Of a DNA stretch of 64,000 bases, positions 10,424 to 20,950 are shown piece by piece. The stretch comes from Mobula hypostoma. Lineage: Eukaryota. The stretch spans positions 1,736,001 through 1,800,000 of the forward strand of contig NC_086101.1 in the NCBI RefSeq assembly GCF_963921235.1, written 5' to 3'. The translations under genes and the position numbers were made by a program. The notes under the pieces were generated by a model that was not told the DNA's origin, ran no database searches, and was given only the letters and a program-made list of their open reading frames with translations. Numbering within the stretch: position 1 is the stretch's first letter; each line of letters opens with the position of its first letter.

Positions 10424-13153
10424 TTGGGGGGTGGGAATCAAATTAAAGAGGCTAGGCGTGAGGAGGTTAGTTCACAACAGAGGGATGGGAACCAGTGCAG
10501 AGAGACAGAGGGGTGTAAAGTGAGGGTAGAAGCAAAAAGTACAAAGGAAAAAAGTAAAAGTGGCAGGCCGACAAATCCAGGGCAAGCATTAAAAAGGGCC
10601 ACTTTTCAACATAATTGTATAAGGGCTAAGAGAGTTGTAAAAGAGCGCCTGAAGGCTTTGTGTGTCAATGCAAGGAGCATTCGTAATAAGGTGGATGAAT
10701 TGAAAGTGCAGATTGTTATTAATGATTATGATATAGTTGGGATCACAGAGACATGGCTCCAGGGTGACCAGGGATGGGAGCTCAACGTTCAGGGATATTC
10801 AATATTCAGGAGGGATAGACATGAAGGAAGGGGAGGTGGGGTGGCGTTGCTGGTTAAAGAAGAGATTAACGCAATAGAAAGGAAGGACATAAGCCGGGAA
10901 GATGTGGAATCGATATGGGTAGAGCTGCGTAACACTAAGGGGCAGAAGACGCTGGTGGGAGTTGTGTACAGGCCACCTAACAGTAGTAGTGAGGTCGGAG
11001 ATGGTATTAAACAGGAAATTAGAAATGTGTGCAATAAAGGAACAGCAGTTATAATGGGTGACTTCAATCTACATGTAGACTGGGTGAACCAAATTGGTAA
11101 AGGTGCTGAGGAAGAGGATTTCTTGGAATGTATGCGGGATGGTTTTTTGAACCAACATGTCGAGGAACCAACTAGAGAGCAGGCTATTCTGGACTGGGTT
11201 TTGAGCAATGAGGAAGGGTTAATTAGCGATCTTGTCGTGAGAGGCCCCTTCGGTAAGAGTGACCATAATATGGTGGAATTCTTCATTAAGATGGAGAGTG
11301 ACATAGTTAATTCAGAAGCAAAGGTTCTGAACTTAAAGAGGGGTAACTTTGAAGGTATGAGACTTGAATTAGCTAAGATAGACTGGCAAATGACACTTAA
11401 AGGATTGATGGTGGATATGCAATGGCAAGCATTTAAAGGTTGCATGGATGAACTACAACAATTGTTCATCCCAGTTTGGCAAAAGAATAAATCAAGGAAG
11501 GTAGTGCACCCGTGGCTGACAAGAGAAATTAGGGATAGTATCAATTCCAAAGAAGAAGCATACAAATTAGCCAGAGAAAGTGGCTCACCTGAGGACTGGG
11601 AGAAATTCAGAGTTCAGCAGAGGAGGACAAAGGGCTTAATTAGGAAGGGGAAAAAAGATTATGAGAGAAAACTGGCAGGGAACATAAAAACGGACTGTAA
11701 AAGCTTTTATAGATATGTAAAAAGGAAAAGACTGGTAAATACAAATGTAGGTCCCCTGCAGACAGAAACAGGTGAATTGATTATGGGGAGCAAGGACATG
11801 GCAGACCAATTGAATAATTACTTTGGTTCTGTCTTCACTAAGGAGGACATAAATAATCTTCCAGAAATAGTAAGGGACAGAGGGTCCAGTGAGATGGAGG
11901 AACTGAGCGAAATACACGTTAGTAGGGAAGTGGTGTTAGGTAAATTGAAGGGATTGAAGGCAGATAAATCCCCAGGGCCAGATGGTCTGCATCCTAGAGT
12001 GCTTAAGGAAGTAGCCCAAGAAATAGTGGATGCATTAGTGATAATTTTTCAAAATTCGTTAGATTCTGGACTAGTTCCTGAGGATTGGAGGGTGGCTAAT
12101 GTAACCCCACTTTTTAAAAAAGGAGGGAGAGAGAAACTGGGGAATTATAGACCGGTTAGCCTAACGTCGGTGGTGGGGAAACTGCTGGAGTCAGTTATCA
12201 AGGATGTGATAACAGCACATTTGGAAAGCGGTGAAATGATCGGACAAAGTCAGCATAGATTTGTGAAAGGAAAATCATGTCTGACGAATCTCATAGAATT
12301 TTTTGAGGATGTAACTAGTAGAGTGGATAGGGGAGAACCAGTGGATGTGGTATATTTGGATTTTCAAAAGGCTTTTGACAAGGTCCCACACAGGAGATTA
12401 GTGTGCAAACTTAAAGCACACGGTATTGGGGGTAAGGTATTGGTGTGGGTGGAGAATTGGTTAGCAGACTGGAAGCAAAGAGTGGGAATAAACGGGACCT
12501 TTTCAGAATGGCAGGCGGTGATTAATGGGGTACCGCAAGGCTCAGTGCTGGGACCCCAGTTGTTTACAATATATATTAATGACTTGGATGAGGGAATTAA
12601 ATGCAGCATCTCCAAGTCTGCGGATGACACGAAGCTGGGCGGCAGTGTTAGCTGTGAGGAGGATGAGGCCTTGGTGAGACCACACCTGGAGTATTGTGTG
12701 CAGTTTTGGTCCCCTAATCTGAGGAAAGACATCCTTGCCATAGAGGGAGTACAAAGAAGGTTCACCAGATTGATTCCTGGGATGGCAGGACTTTCATATG
12801 AAGAAAGACTGGATGAACTGGGCTTGTACTCGTTGGAATTTAGAAGATTGAGGGGGGATCTGATTGAAACGTATAAGATCCTAAAGGGATTGGACAGGCT
12901 AGATGCAGGAAGACTGTTCCCGATGTTGGGGAAGTCCAGAACGAGGGGTCACAGTTTGAGGATAGAGGGGAAGCCTTTTAGGACCGAGATTAGGAAAAAC
13001 TTCTTCACACAGAGAGTGGTGAATCTGTGGAATTCTCTGCCACAGGAAACTGTTGAGGCCAGTTCATTGGCTATATTTAAGAGGGAGTTAGATATGGCCC
13101 TTGTGGCTACGGGGATCAGGGGGTATGGAGGGAAGGCTGGGGCGGGGTTCTGA
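10424..13153 (+). CDS. CR1 ORF2p (APE endonuclease plus RT), open but carrying an in-frame deletion and SADD at the active site
   Basis: Motifs [43 protein letters not shown] and SADDTK. About 101 codons are missing at ~12666 relative to ORF 15733..16692. The start codon is uncertain. Confidence 0.92.
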   Translation: MGGGNQIKEARREEVSSQQRDGNQCRETEGCKVRVEAKSTKEKSKSGRPTNPGQALKRATFQHNCIRAKRVVKERLKALCVNARSIRNKVDELKVQIVINDYDIVGITETWLQGDQGWELNVQGYSIFRRDRHEGRGGGVALLVKEEINAIERKDISREDVESIWVELRNTKGQKTLVGVVYRPPNSSSEVGDGIKQEIRNVCNKGTAVIMGDFNLHVDWVNQIGKGAEEEDFLECMRDGFLNQHVEEPTREQAILDWVLSNEEGLISDLVVRGPFGKSDHNMVEFFIKMESDIVNSEAKVLNLKRGNFEGMRLELAKIDWQMTLKGLMVDMQWQAFKGCMDELQQLFIPVWQKNKSRKVVHPWLTREIRDSINSKEEAYKLARESGSPEDWEKFRVQQRRTKGLIRKGKKDYERKLAGNIKTDCKSFYRYVKRKRLVNTNVGPLQTETGELIMGSKDMADQLNNYFGSVFTKEDINNLPEIVRDRGSSEMEELSEIHVSREVVLGKLKGLKADKSPGPDGLHPRVLKEVAQEIVDALVIIFQNSLDSGLVPEDWRVANVTPLFKKGGREKLGNYRPVSLTSVVGKLLESVIKDVITAHLESGEMIGQSQHRFVKGKSCLTNLIEFFEDVTSRVDRGEPVDVVYLDFQKAFDKVPHRRLVCKLKAHGIGGKVLVWVENWLADWKQRVGINGTFSEWQAVINGVPQGSVLGPQLFTIYINDLDEGIKCSISKSADDTKLGGSVSCEEDEALVRPHLEYCVQFWSPNLRKDILAIEGVQRRFTRLIPGMAGLSYEERLDELGLYSLEFRRLRGDLIETYKILKGLDRLDAGRLFPMLGKSRTRGHSLRIEGKPFRTEIRKNFFTQRVVNLWNSLPQETVEASSLAIFKRELDMALVATGIRGYGGKAGAGF

Positions 13154-13404
13154 GTTGGATGATCAGCCATGATCATAATAAATGGCGGTGCAGGCTCGAA
13201 GGGCCGAATGGCCTACTCCTGCACCTATTTTCTATGTTTCTATAAGGGGCTTTATAACCCTGGGGGCAAAGGCTGCCTGTCTAAACAAGTCTATTCAGCA
13301 CACTCAGGATCCAGTGGTTTCAGTTTCGTCTCTGGGTCCACGCTCGGGCTGAGATACCAGGGCACATGTAATTCTAAAGATCCCTGCTACCACTTCTGTC
13401 AATA

Positions 13405-13720
13405 CTAGATTAATCCATAATGCACTGCCATTGTCCACCAGCATTCTAAGAGATTTCCAAAAGGCCACTGCCTGCCAGGAGGATTGTACTTGTGGAACTT
13501 TTTCACACTCTTATGAATCTGCTCTGCCAGATGGGTTTTGTTCTCAGACTCATCGGGGATATAGGTACAACATTCCTGTCCTATCATAGCATAGGTTCCA
13601 CCTTTCGCAGCTGGTATGAAGTCCAGAGACACTCTACTTTGAAGAGCTATTGTTCCAATGACTCAACAGTTAGTTCCTTTTCTTTCAACAACATCCATGG
13701 TTTTCCTGTATTTCTGGCTA
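13405..13720 (-). pseudogene. Endogenous retrovirus env relic (TM subunit ectodomain)
   Basis: The minus frame reads IALQSRVSLDFIPAAKGGTYAMIGQECCTYIPD, matching the immunosuppressive domain plus CX6CC motif with the first Cys changed to Tyr, followed by a Trp-rich segment. Confidence 0.85.
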
Positions 13721-13819
13721 TCTGGAGAAGAGCAATATCAAAGTTGTATTGTACATGCATACTTTGACAGTAATACGAAGCTTTGAATCATATTGTAGTA
13801 GACTGCAGAAGTGACACCA

Positions 13820-15322
13820 TAGGACCATAAGACATAAGAGCAGAATTAGGCCATTCGGCCCATTGAATCTTCGCCATCATTCCACCATGACTGATTTATT
13901 ACCTCTCTCAACCTCATTCTCTTGCCTTTTTCCCGTAACCTTTGACACTCTGACTAATCAAGAACCTATCCACCTCCACTTTAAATATATCCTATGACTT
14001 GCCTCCACAGCCGTCTGTGGCAATGAATTCTGGCTAAAGAAATTCTTCCTCATCTCTGTTATAATTCCATGTTCCTCTATTCAGAGGCTGTGCCCACTGG
14101 TCTTAGACTTTCCCACTACATAAATCAGCCTCTGCATATCCATACTATCTACATTTTGCAATATTTGATAGCTTTCAATGAGATTCCCCATATTCATCTA
14201 AACCCTAGTGAGCACAGGTCCAAAAGCATCAACAACTGTCACAGGGAGCTCATCCCCCACTCGCTGAGTGAAGAAACACCCTCTCAGGTTCCCCTTAAAT
14301 AGTTCACCTTTCACCCTTAACCGCTGGCTCGAGCTCTAGTCCAACCCAAGCTGAGGGGAGCAGGAGGCTTACCCCCTGTCTACTCCTCATAATTTTGTAC
14401 ACCTCTACCAAATCTCTGCTCACTCTCCTGTGCTCCACCGAATAAAATTCTGACCTCTTCAACCTTTTGTTATAGCTCAATTCCTGGCAACGTTGTGGTT
14501 CGTTTTCTCTGCCCTCTTTCAAGCTCACTGATATCTTTCCTGTAGGTAGGTGAGAAGATCCGCAAACAATGCTCTAAGTCAGGCTGCAGTACTCAATACT
14601 TTGAATTATGAAGGCAAATGTGCCAAAGGCTCTACTTGTAACACAGCACAAGATACAGCGGGATATAGATCAGTTGCAGATACGGACAGAGAGATGACAG
14701 ATGGAGCTTAGCCCAGCCACGTGTGAAGTGCAGAGAGAGCAACATCTGGAAGCCTGTTGATGAGCAGATGGATGTTGGGCTCCAAGTTCACAGTTCACTG
14801 CAAGTGGCTACACAGCTTGACAGGGTGCTTAAGAAAGCAGGTGTAATGGTTGCCTTCAATAGGCATTGAGTTCAAAAGTCAGGAAGATATGTTGCAGTTT
14901 TCTAAAACTCAAACTAGGCTGCATCTGGAGTATTGCATTCAGGTCTGGTCACTCCATTATAGGGAGGATCTCAAGGCTTTGGAGAGGGTGCAGAAGAGGT
15001 TTACCAGGAGGCCGCCTGGATTAGAGGGCATGAGAGGTCAGACAAGGTTGGGATTTTAGTCTGGAGTAGCGGAGATGCGGGGGCAAGTTTTTTATACAGA
15101 GAGCAGAGCGGAGGGTGCCTGGAATGCGCTGTCTGGGGTGGTGGGAGAGGCAGATACATTACAGCCTTTTAATAGATGTTTAGATAGGCACGTGAATGGG
15201 AGAGGAATGGAAAGATATGGACATCGTGTAGGCAGACCAGATTAACTTAGTTGGCCATTTGATTACTAAACTAATGAGTTTGGCACAACACTGTGGGCCG
15301 AAGGGCCTGTTTCTGTTTCTGT
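13820..15322. mobile_element. Cluster of old CR1 3' fragments in both orientations
   Basis: ORF 14850..15059 contains LHLEYCIQVWS and LERVQKRFTR. CR1 3'UTR motifs (GGGCCGAAGGGCCTG) are present. Confidence 0.75.
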
Positions 15323-15665
15323 ACGTCAGAGTTCGGTGGAGGAATGTAGACAGTATCTCTGGACAGGAGTAACAGTGGGCAATATGGCATGAGACCCTTG
15401 TCAGGTCTGGAAGTAAAGGGGGCAGAAGTGAGAATGAGAAGGTGGAGGAGGGCAAGCAGTAAATAGACCAGGCGAGGGGAAAATAAACTGCTGCTGCTAA
15501 GTTAACAAATTTCACATCACATGCCGGTGATAATGAACCTGATTGTGAAATGAGTGTCTGCTACGTGTGCAGGGGTCAGACCTCCTCCCTGTCCCCTAGT
15601 TCAGCCTGAGTCCAAAAGGAGTTCGGTTTCCGTGTGACGCCAGCGAGGAGCCTCTACATGAGGCT

Positions 15666-17364
15666 TAGAACATAGCACGTAGAATAGTACAGCACAGTAC
15701 AGGCCCTTCGGCCCACAATGTTGTGCCGACCCTCAAACCCTGCCTCCCATATAAGCCCCCACCTTAAATTCCTCCATATACCTGTCCAGTAGTCTCTTAA
15801 ACTTCACTAGTGTATCTGCCTCCACCACTGACTCAGGCAGTGCATTCCACGCACCAACCACTCTCTGAGTAAAAAACCTTCCTCTAATATCCCCCTTGAA
15901 CTTCCCACCCCTTACCTTAAAGCCATGTCCTCTTGTATTGAGCAGTGGTGCCCTGGGGAAGAGGCGCTGGCTATCCACTCTATCTATTCCTCTTATTATC
16001 TTGTACACCTCTATCATGTCTCCTCTCATCCTCCTTCTCTCCAAAGAGTAAAGCCCTAGCTCCCTTAATCTCTGATCATAATGCATACTTTCTAAACCAG
16101 GCAGCATCCTGGTAAATCTCCTCTGTACTCTTTCCAATGCTTCCACATTCTTCCTATAGTGAGGTGACCAGAACTGGACACAGTACTCCAAGTGTGGCCT
16201 AACCAGAGTTTTATAGAGCTGCATCATTACATCGCAACTCTTAAACTCTATCCCTCGACTTATGAAAGCTAACACCCCATAAGCTTTCTTAACTACCCTA
16301 TCCACCTGTGAGGCAACTTTCAGGGATCTGTGGACATGTACCCCGAGATCCCTCTGCTCCTCCACACTACCAAGTATCCTGCCATCTACTTTGTACTCTG
16401 CCTTGGAGTTTGTCCTTCCAAAGTGTACCACCTCACACTTCTCCGGGTTGAACTCCATCTGCCACTTCTCAGCCCACTTCTGCATCCTATCAATGTCCCT
16501 CTGCAATCTTTGACAATCCTCTACACTATCTACAACACCACCAACCTTTGTGTCGTCTGCAAACTTGCCAACCCACCCCTCTACCCCCACATCCAGGTTG
16601 TTAATAAAAATCACGAAAAGTAGAGGTCCCAGAACAGATCCTTGTGGGACACCACTAGTCACAATCCTCCAATCTGAATGTAATCCCTCCACTATGACCC
16701 TCTGCCTTCTTCAGGCAAGCCAATTCTGAATCCACCTGGCCAAACTTCCCCGGATCCCATGCCTTCTGACTTTCTGAATAAGCCTACCATGTGGAACCTT
16801 GCCAAATGCCTTATTAAAATCCATATAGATCACATCCACTGCACTACCCTCATCTATATGCCTGGTAACCTCCTCAAAGAACTCTATCAGGCTTGTTAGA
16901 CACGATCTGCCCTTCACAAAGCCATGCTGACTGTCCCCGATCAGACCATGATTCTCTAAATGCCCAGAGATCCTATCTCTAAGAATCTTTTCCAACAGCT
17001 TTCCCACCACAGGCGCAAGGCTCACTGGTCTATAATTACCCGGACTATCCCTACTACCTTTTTGAAGAAAGGGACAACATTCGTCTCCCTCCAATCCTCC
17101 GGTACCATTCCCGTGGACAATGAGGACATAAAGATCCTAGCCAGAGGCTCAGCAATCTCTTCCCTCACCTCGTGGAGCAGCCTGGGGAATATTCCGTCAG
17201 GCCCCAGGGACTTATCTGTCCTAATGTATTTTAACAACTCCAACACCTCCTCTCCCTTAATATCAACACGCTCCAGAACATCAACCTCACTCATATTGTC
17301 CTCACCATCATCAAGTTCCCTCTCACTGGTGAATACCGAAGAGAAGTATTCATTGAGGACCTCG
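15666..17364 (-). mobile_element. 5'-truncated young CR1 LINE (RT and 3'UTR)
   Basis: ORFs 15733..16692, 16711..17094 and 17022..17294 give a nearly intact RT with FADDTK and few frame breaks. Confidence 0.95.
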
Positions 17365-17494
17365 CTTGCTGTTGGAGAGGCTGTGTGCTGGCAGGGAGAA
17401 GCTTACATGTTCAGCTGGCCAGCAGTGAAAGCTGACAGTGAGAGCGACAAGCACTACCCACTACCCTACCACACCAGACGCATCACAACAGCCA

Positions 17495-18520
17495 TTTTGA
17501 CACACAATTTCCTCTTCTTTCAGCATATTTCTGGTGTTCTTTACTTCCTGATTTCTGGATGTTTGGAATTGTTCCTGCTTGTTTATGCTGAAATATTACA
17601 TCCAGATGGTTATTATGGATTGCTCTATCCATAACTGATCGGTCATAATATAATTTGTGTTATTCCGACTCTAGAACTGGATCAGGCGTGTATTTATAGT
17701 AAGGTATGATTCCTTTTATGAGTTTGCACATTTTAAAGTAAAATGTTGGTGAATATTTGCCACTTGATTGTGCCTGTGTGAGTAATCAGATTGAGTTAAA
17801 CTCATACCAGATCTGATAATGTGTTGGATTGTCTCTGATTTTCTAGGCATTTTCTACATTTATCTTCTTGAATTTGTTGGTGTATAATTATGTAATAAAG
17901 CTGTATCGGTCCTAATGCCCTTCCCCTGGACCACATTGGTGGTGTGGAGAGGGGAGACTTGCAGCATGGGCAACTGTTGGTCTTCCATACAACCCTGCCC
18001 AGGCCTGCGCCCTGGAAACCTTCCAAGGCACAAATCCATGGTCTCGCAAGACTAACAGATGCCTTTTATAATTATGTATTTTGATAATATTTTGTGTTGA
18101 CTACCTCGCCCCATATTGCCACAAGGAACCACCCACCTCCAATTTCCGGGAAGAGGTCTCCAACTCTGAGCCAGGTGGTTGAAGCTTCCTTGTCGACATC
18201 TAGACTTCTCAGATCATGGGATGTCTTCAGTGGAGGGTGGTGCTCTTGCATTGGTAACCTTTTCTTCAATAGTGATAATGTCTTCATTTTTCTGTGCTGT
18301 GTCATTTAAGTTTAGAGGTGTATACTGCTTATCGGAATTGCATATGCTCACATGGAATGTTGATGAGAACATATCCTTCGACGTTTCATCTGACTGTTGT
18401 GCAGATTTTAATGTCTGTTATCCCTCTTCCTCATTCCGTCCTATGTAGTGTTAATCTAAGTGTATTCGATTTTCTGAAATTTGTCATTTCAGTTCTTATT
18501 TTTCTTTGACCAAGATATTA
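17495..18520 (-). mobile_element. R4/Dong-clade (RLE-type) non-LTR retrotransposon relic, C-terminal part
   Basis: Frameshifted minus-strand peptides occur in the expected order: GRGITDIK, DKQYTPLNL, VDKEASTTWLRVGDLFPE, DKCRKC, DYSHRHNQVA, PYYKYTPDPVLE, KLYYDRSV. Confidence 0.8.
17905..18065 (+). mobile_element. Short GC-rich insertion (SINE-like, family uncertain) splitting the R4/Dong relic
   Basis: GC-rich block inside an AT-rich element whose reading frame resumes on the other side. Confidence 0.5.
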
Positions 18521-18700
18521 TGCCAAACAAATGCAGTAATATGGGTTTAGCAAAAGTGTTTATTGCCTTTGTTATATTTTTACTTTGAGATCTGTTTGGA
18601 AAATCTTAAGCCTTGAAATAAACTTTGTCAAAAGTTTTTCTTTATTAACACTGTGATCTATTTTCTTTCCTTGTTGATATCGCAGGTACTTATTATTACT

Positions 18701-18855
18701 GTGAAGAAGTACAGTCGACATTTCGGGCCGAGACCCTTTGTCAGTCCTGACGAAGAGTCTCGGCCTGAAACGTCGACTGTACCTCTTCCTGTTGATGCTG
18801 CCAGCATTTTGTGTGTGTTGCTTGAATTTCCAGCATCTGCAGACTTTCTCGTTTC
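18701..18855. mobile_element. Penelope-type short insertion with back-to-back hammerhead motifs
   Basis: 13-bp duplication ACTTATTATTACT at 18688-18700 and 18856-18868, with a near-palindrome at 18711-18780. Confidence 0.8.
18742..18779 (+). ncRNA. Minimal type I hammerhead ribozyme motif
   Basis: CAGTC-CTGACGA-A-GAGTCTCGGCCT-GAAA-CGTC-GACTG. Stem I is CAGTC/GACTG, the CUGANGA and GAAA core is intact, and the cleavage triplet is GUC. Stem II is imperfect. Confidence 0.75.
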
Positions 18856-19798
18856 ACTTATTATTACTATTATTATTATTTTCTATTTTTGTATTTGTAC
18901 AATTTGCTGTCTTTTGCACATTGGTTGTTCGTCCGTCCTGTTGTGTGTGGTTTTTCGTTGATTCCACTGTGTTTCTTTGTATTTACCATGAATGCCCACA
19001 AGAAAATGAAACTCAGGGCTGTGCATGGTGCCGTAGATGCACTTGATAATAAATTTACTTTGAACTTTGAGAACAATTGTGACGCACACAGAGGAACTGA
19101 GTTCCTCACCCCTGCAGCACCCCGTCACACCTTCAATCCAGCGCAGCCCCGGCTCCCTGTCCCTCAGAGCTCTCACCCACCCTCGGGTGTGCTCTCTCAA
19201 ACTGGGGGCTTGCAGACCAAAGGAAGGGCTCTTCCCAAGCCCCCACCACCGGCCCTGCCCACTCTCCAGGCCCCGTCCCACATCCGGGTTCCTCCTCTCC
19301 CCCAGGACCCATCAATCCCCAGGCCACGGACCAGCACTGGCTGAACCCCAACCCCGACCCCGCCTGTTCCCCAGGACGCACCCATCAGTCCCACCCTGCC
19401 CCTCCCCTCCCCAGGCCATGCCCCACAACCAGACCTCGCCTCTCCCTCAGCACCCGCCAGTGTCCGAGCCCTAGCCCTCTCCAGGCCTTTCCTCTCCCAG
19501 AGGACCCACCTGTCACCAGGCCGCACACCTCCCCAGGCCCTGCCCCCACCTCTTCACAAGGCCCTGCCACACCCCAGAGCCCACCCCTCCTCTCCCATCA
19601 GGCCCCACCCATCCTTCAGGCATCGCCCCACAACCAGGCTCGGCCTTTTCCCCAGGAAACGCCCATCCCAAAGCCTTGCCCCTTCTCAGGCCCCCCCTCC
19701 CACAAAACCTGCCAACCCCCAGGTGCTGCCTCTGTCTCCCAGGTGACGACTGGAGGCTGCACACCAGTGGAATATGGCTCTGGGTATGGTTCCTGTTG

Positions 19799-19840
<42 letters not shown>
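19799..19840. repeat. (GT)n microsatellite
   Basis: Directly visible. Confidence 0.98.
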
Positions 19841-19843
<3 letters not shown>

Positions 19844-19987
19844 GCTCGGAGGGAGAAGGGGAAGGGAGAAGGGGAAGGAAGAATGGAGTTGGGGAGGGGG
19901 GAGGGACAGTAGGGAGTGGAGGTCGGGAGGGAAGCGTTTGGCGAGGGGGCAGAGTGAAGGGAAGGAGGGTAGGCTGGGAGAGAGGAG

Positions 19988-20095
19988 GTAACACTTCACT
20001 TGTGAGTCTGTTGGGGTCATGTACTGTGTGTATCTGGTCCTCCTGTGTATCGGTGAGACCTGACGTAAATTGGGAGACCACCTTCACTCCATCAG
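19988..20095 (+). mobile_element. Short Penelope-like GIY-YIG fragment
   Basis: ACACTTCACTTGTGAGTCTGTTGGGGTCAT is the reverse complement of part of 49400-49618. Confidence 0.7.
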
Positions 20096-20267
20096 TCATG
20101 ACAAGCAGGGTCTCCCAGTGGCAGAGGGAGAGGGGGAGGGGGAGAGGAGGGGAGGGGTAGGTGTCAGGAAAATGTAAAATGTGATTCCTCCTTGGTAGAC
20201 GGTAAAATAAAATGGAAGTCTGTAATGCAAAATGTTGTTAGCTTGGAGAGGGATTGTTCTTGAAAGT

Positions 20268-20600
20268 CAGAAAGTTTGAAATTAATAACTCATCAGTTAA
20301 TAACTCATCGGGGTGATTGATAGGTTCGTGGCCTAAGGTAGAAAGAGATGCGTCATTAACTTCAAACTTTCTGCCTAATCACTCACAGCATTGACCCACG
20401 TGTACATGTAATGAGAGCCTTAGGCCACGAACTTACCAGTCACCCCTGCCGTGGACACTTTCTGGAGGTCCAAGATCCGTATGCTCCACGACCGCTGGAC
20501 TAAGTGTGTAAATGTAGGAGGGGACTATGTTGAAAAATAAATGTGCTGGGTTTTCTAAAATTGACTAGCTTAAGCCACGAACATATCAATCACCCCTCGT
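20268..20600 (+). mobile_element. Non-autonomous mariner (Tc1/mariner) derivative, MITE-like
   Basis: Inverted repeats GGGGTGATTGATAGGTTCGTGGCCTAAG (~20310) and CTTAAGCCACGAACATATCAATCACCCC (~20570). 20493-20540 encodes the mariner C-terminus RWTKCVNVGGDYVEK*. Confidence 0.85.
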
Positions 20601-20950
20601 TTGGGCGGCATGGACTTTCCCCTGAGCAGAGATCACCATTTGAACTGTGACAAAGAACTCACAAAGGCTGGCTAGAGAAAAAGGAAAGATCTCCAACACA
20701 TCCGTGAAATTCAACCATAACTGATTGTGTTCGGGTTTGAATTATTTGAAATAAAGTTTGAGATGAAGAAATAGCGGACAGGAACTTAATCTTCTCACTT
20801 ACATAGAATACAGAATTCATAGTATAATCCCATTGCTTGATTATATTATAGGTCTAACTAACTTGTATTTGTCGTAAGTTTTATACAATGTACCCGGGGG
20901 TGGAGCGTAAGGAAAAAGTCAAATGTGATTTTACGCTAAAATTTGGCGGG

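Larger units (their letters stand above)
9190..13243 (+). mobile_element. Near-full-length, young CR1 LINE
   Basis: 5'UTR, ORF1, ORF2 and 3'UTR in order, ending in a TTTCTATG-type tail. The 5' boundary is approximate. Confidence 0.95.

Noticed and set aside
9483..13153. Novel esterase plus RT operon (retron- or DGR-like system)
   Set aside because: This is the standard ORF1/ORF2 layout of vertebrate CR1 LINEs.
17425..17475. tRNA-derived SINE head on the minus strand
   Set aside because: There is only a loose A-box resemblance and no B-box (GTTCRANNC) at the expected distance.
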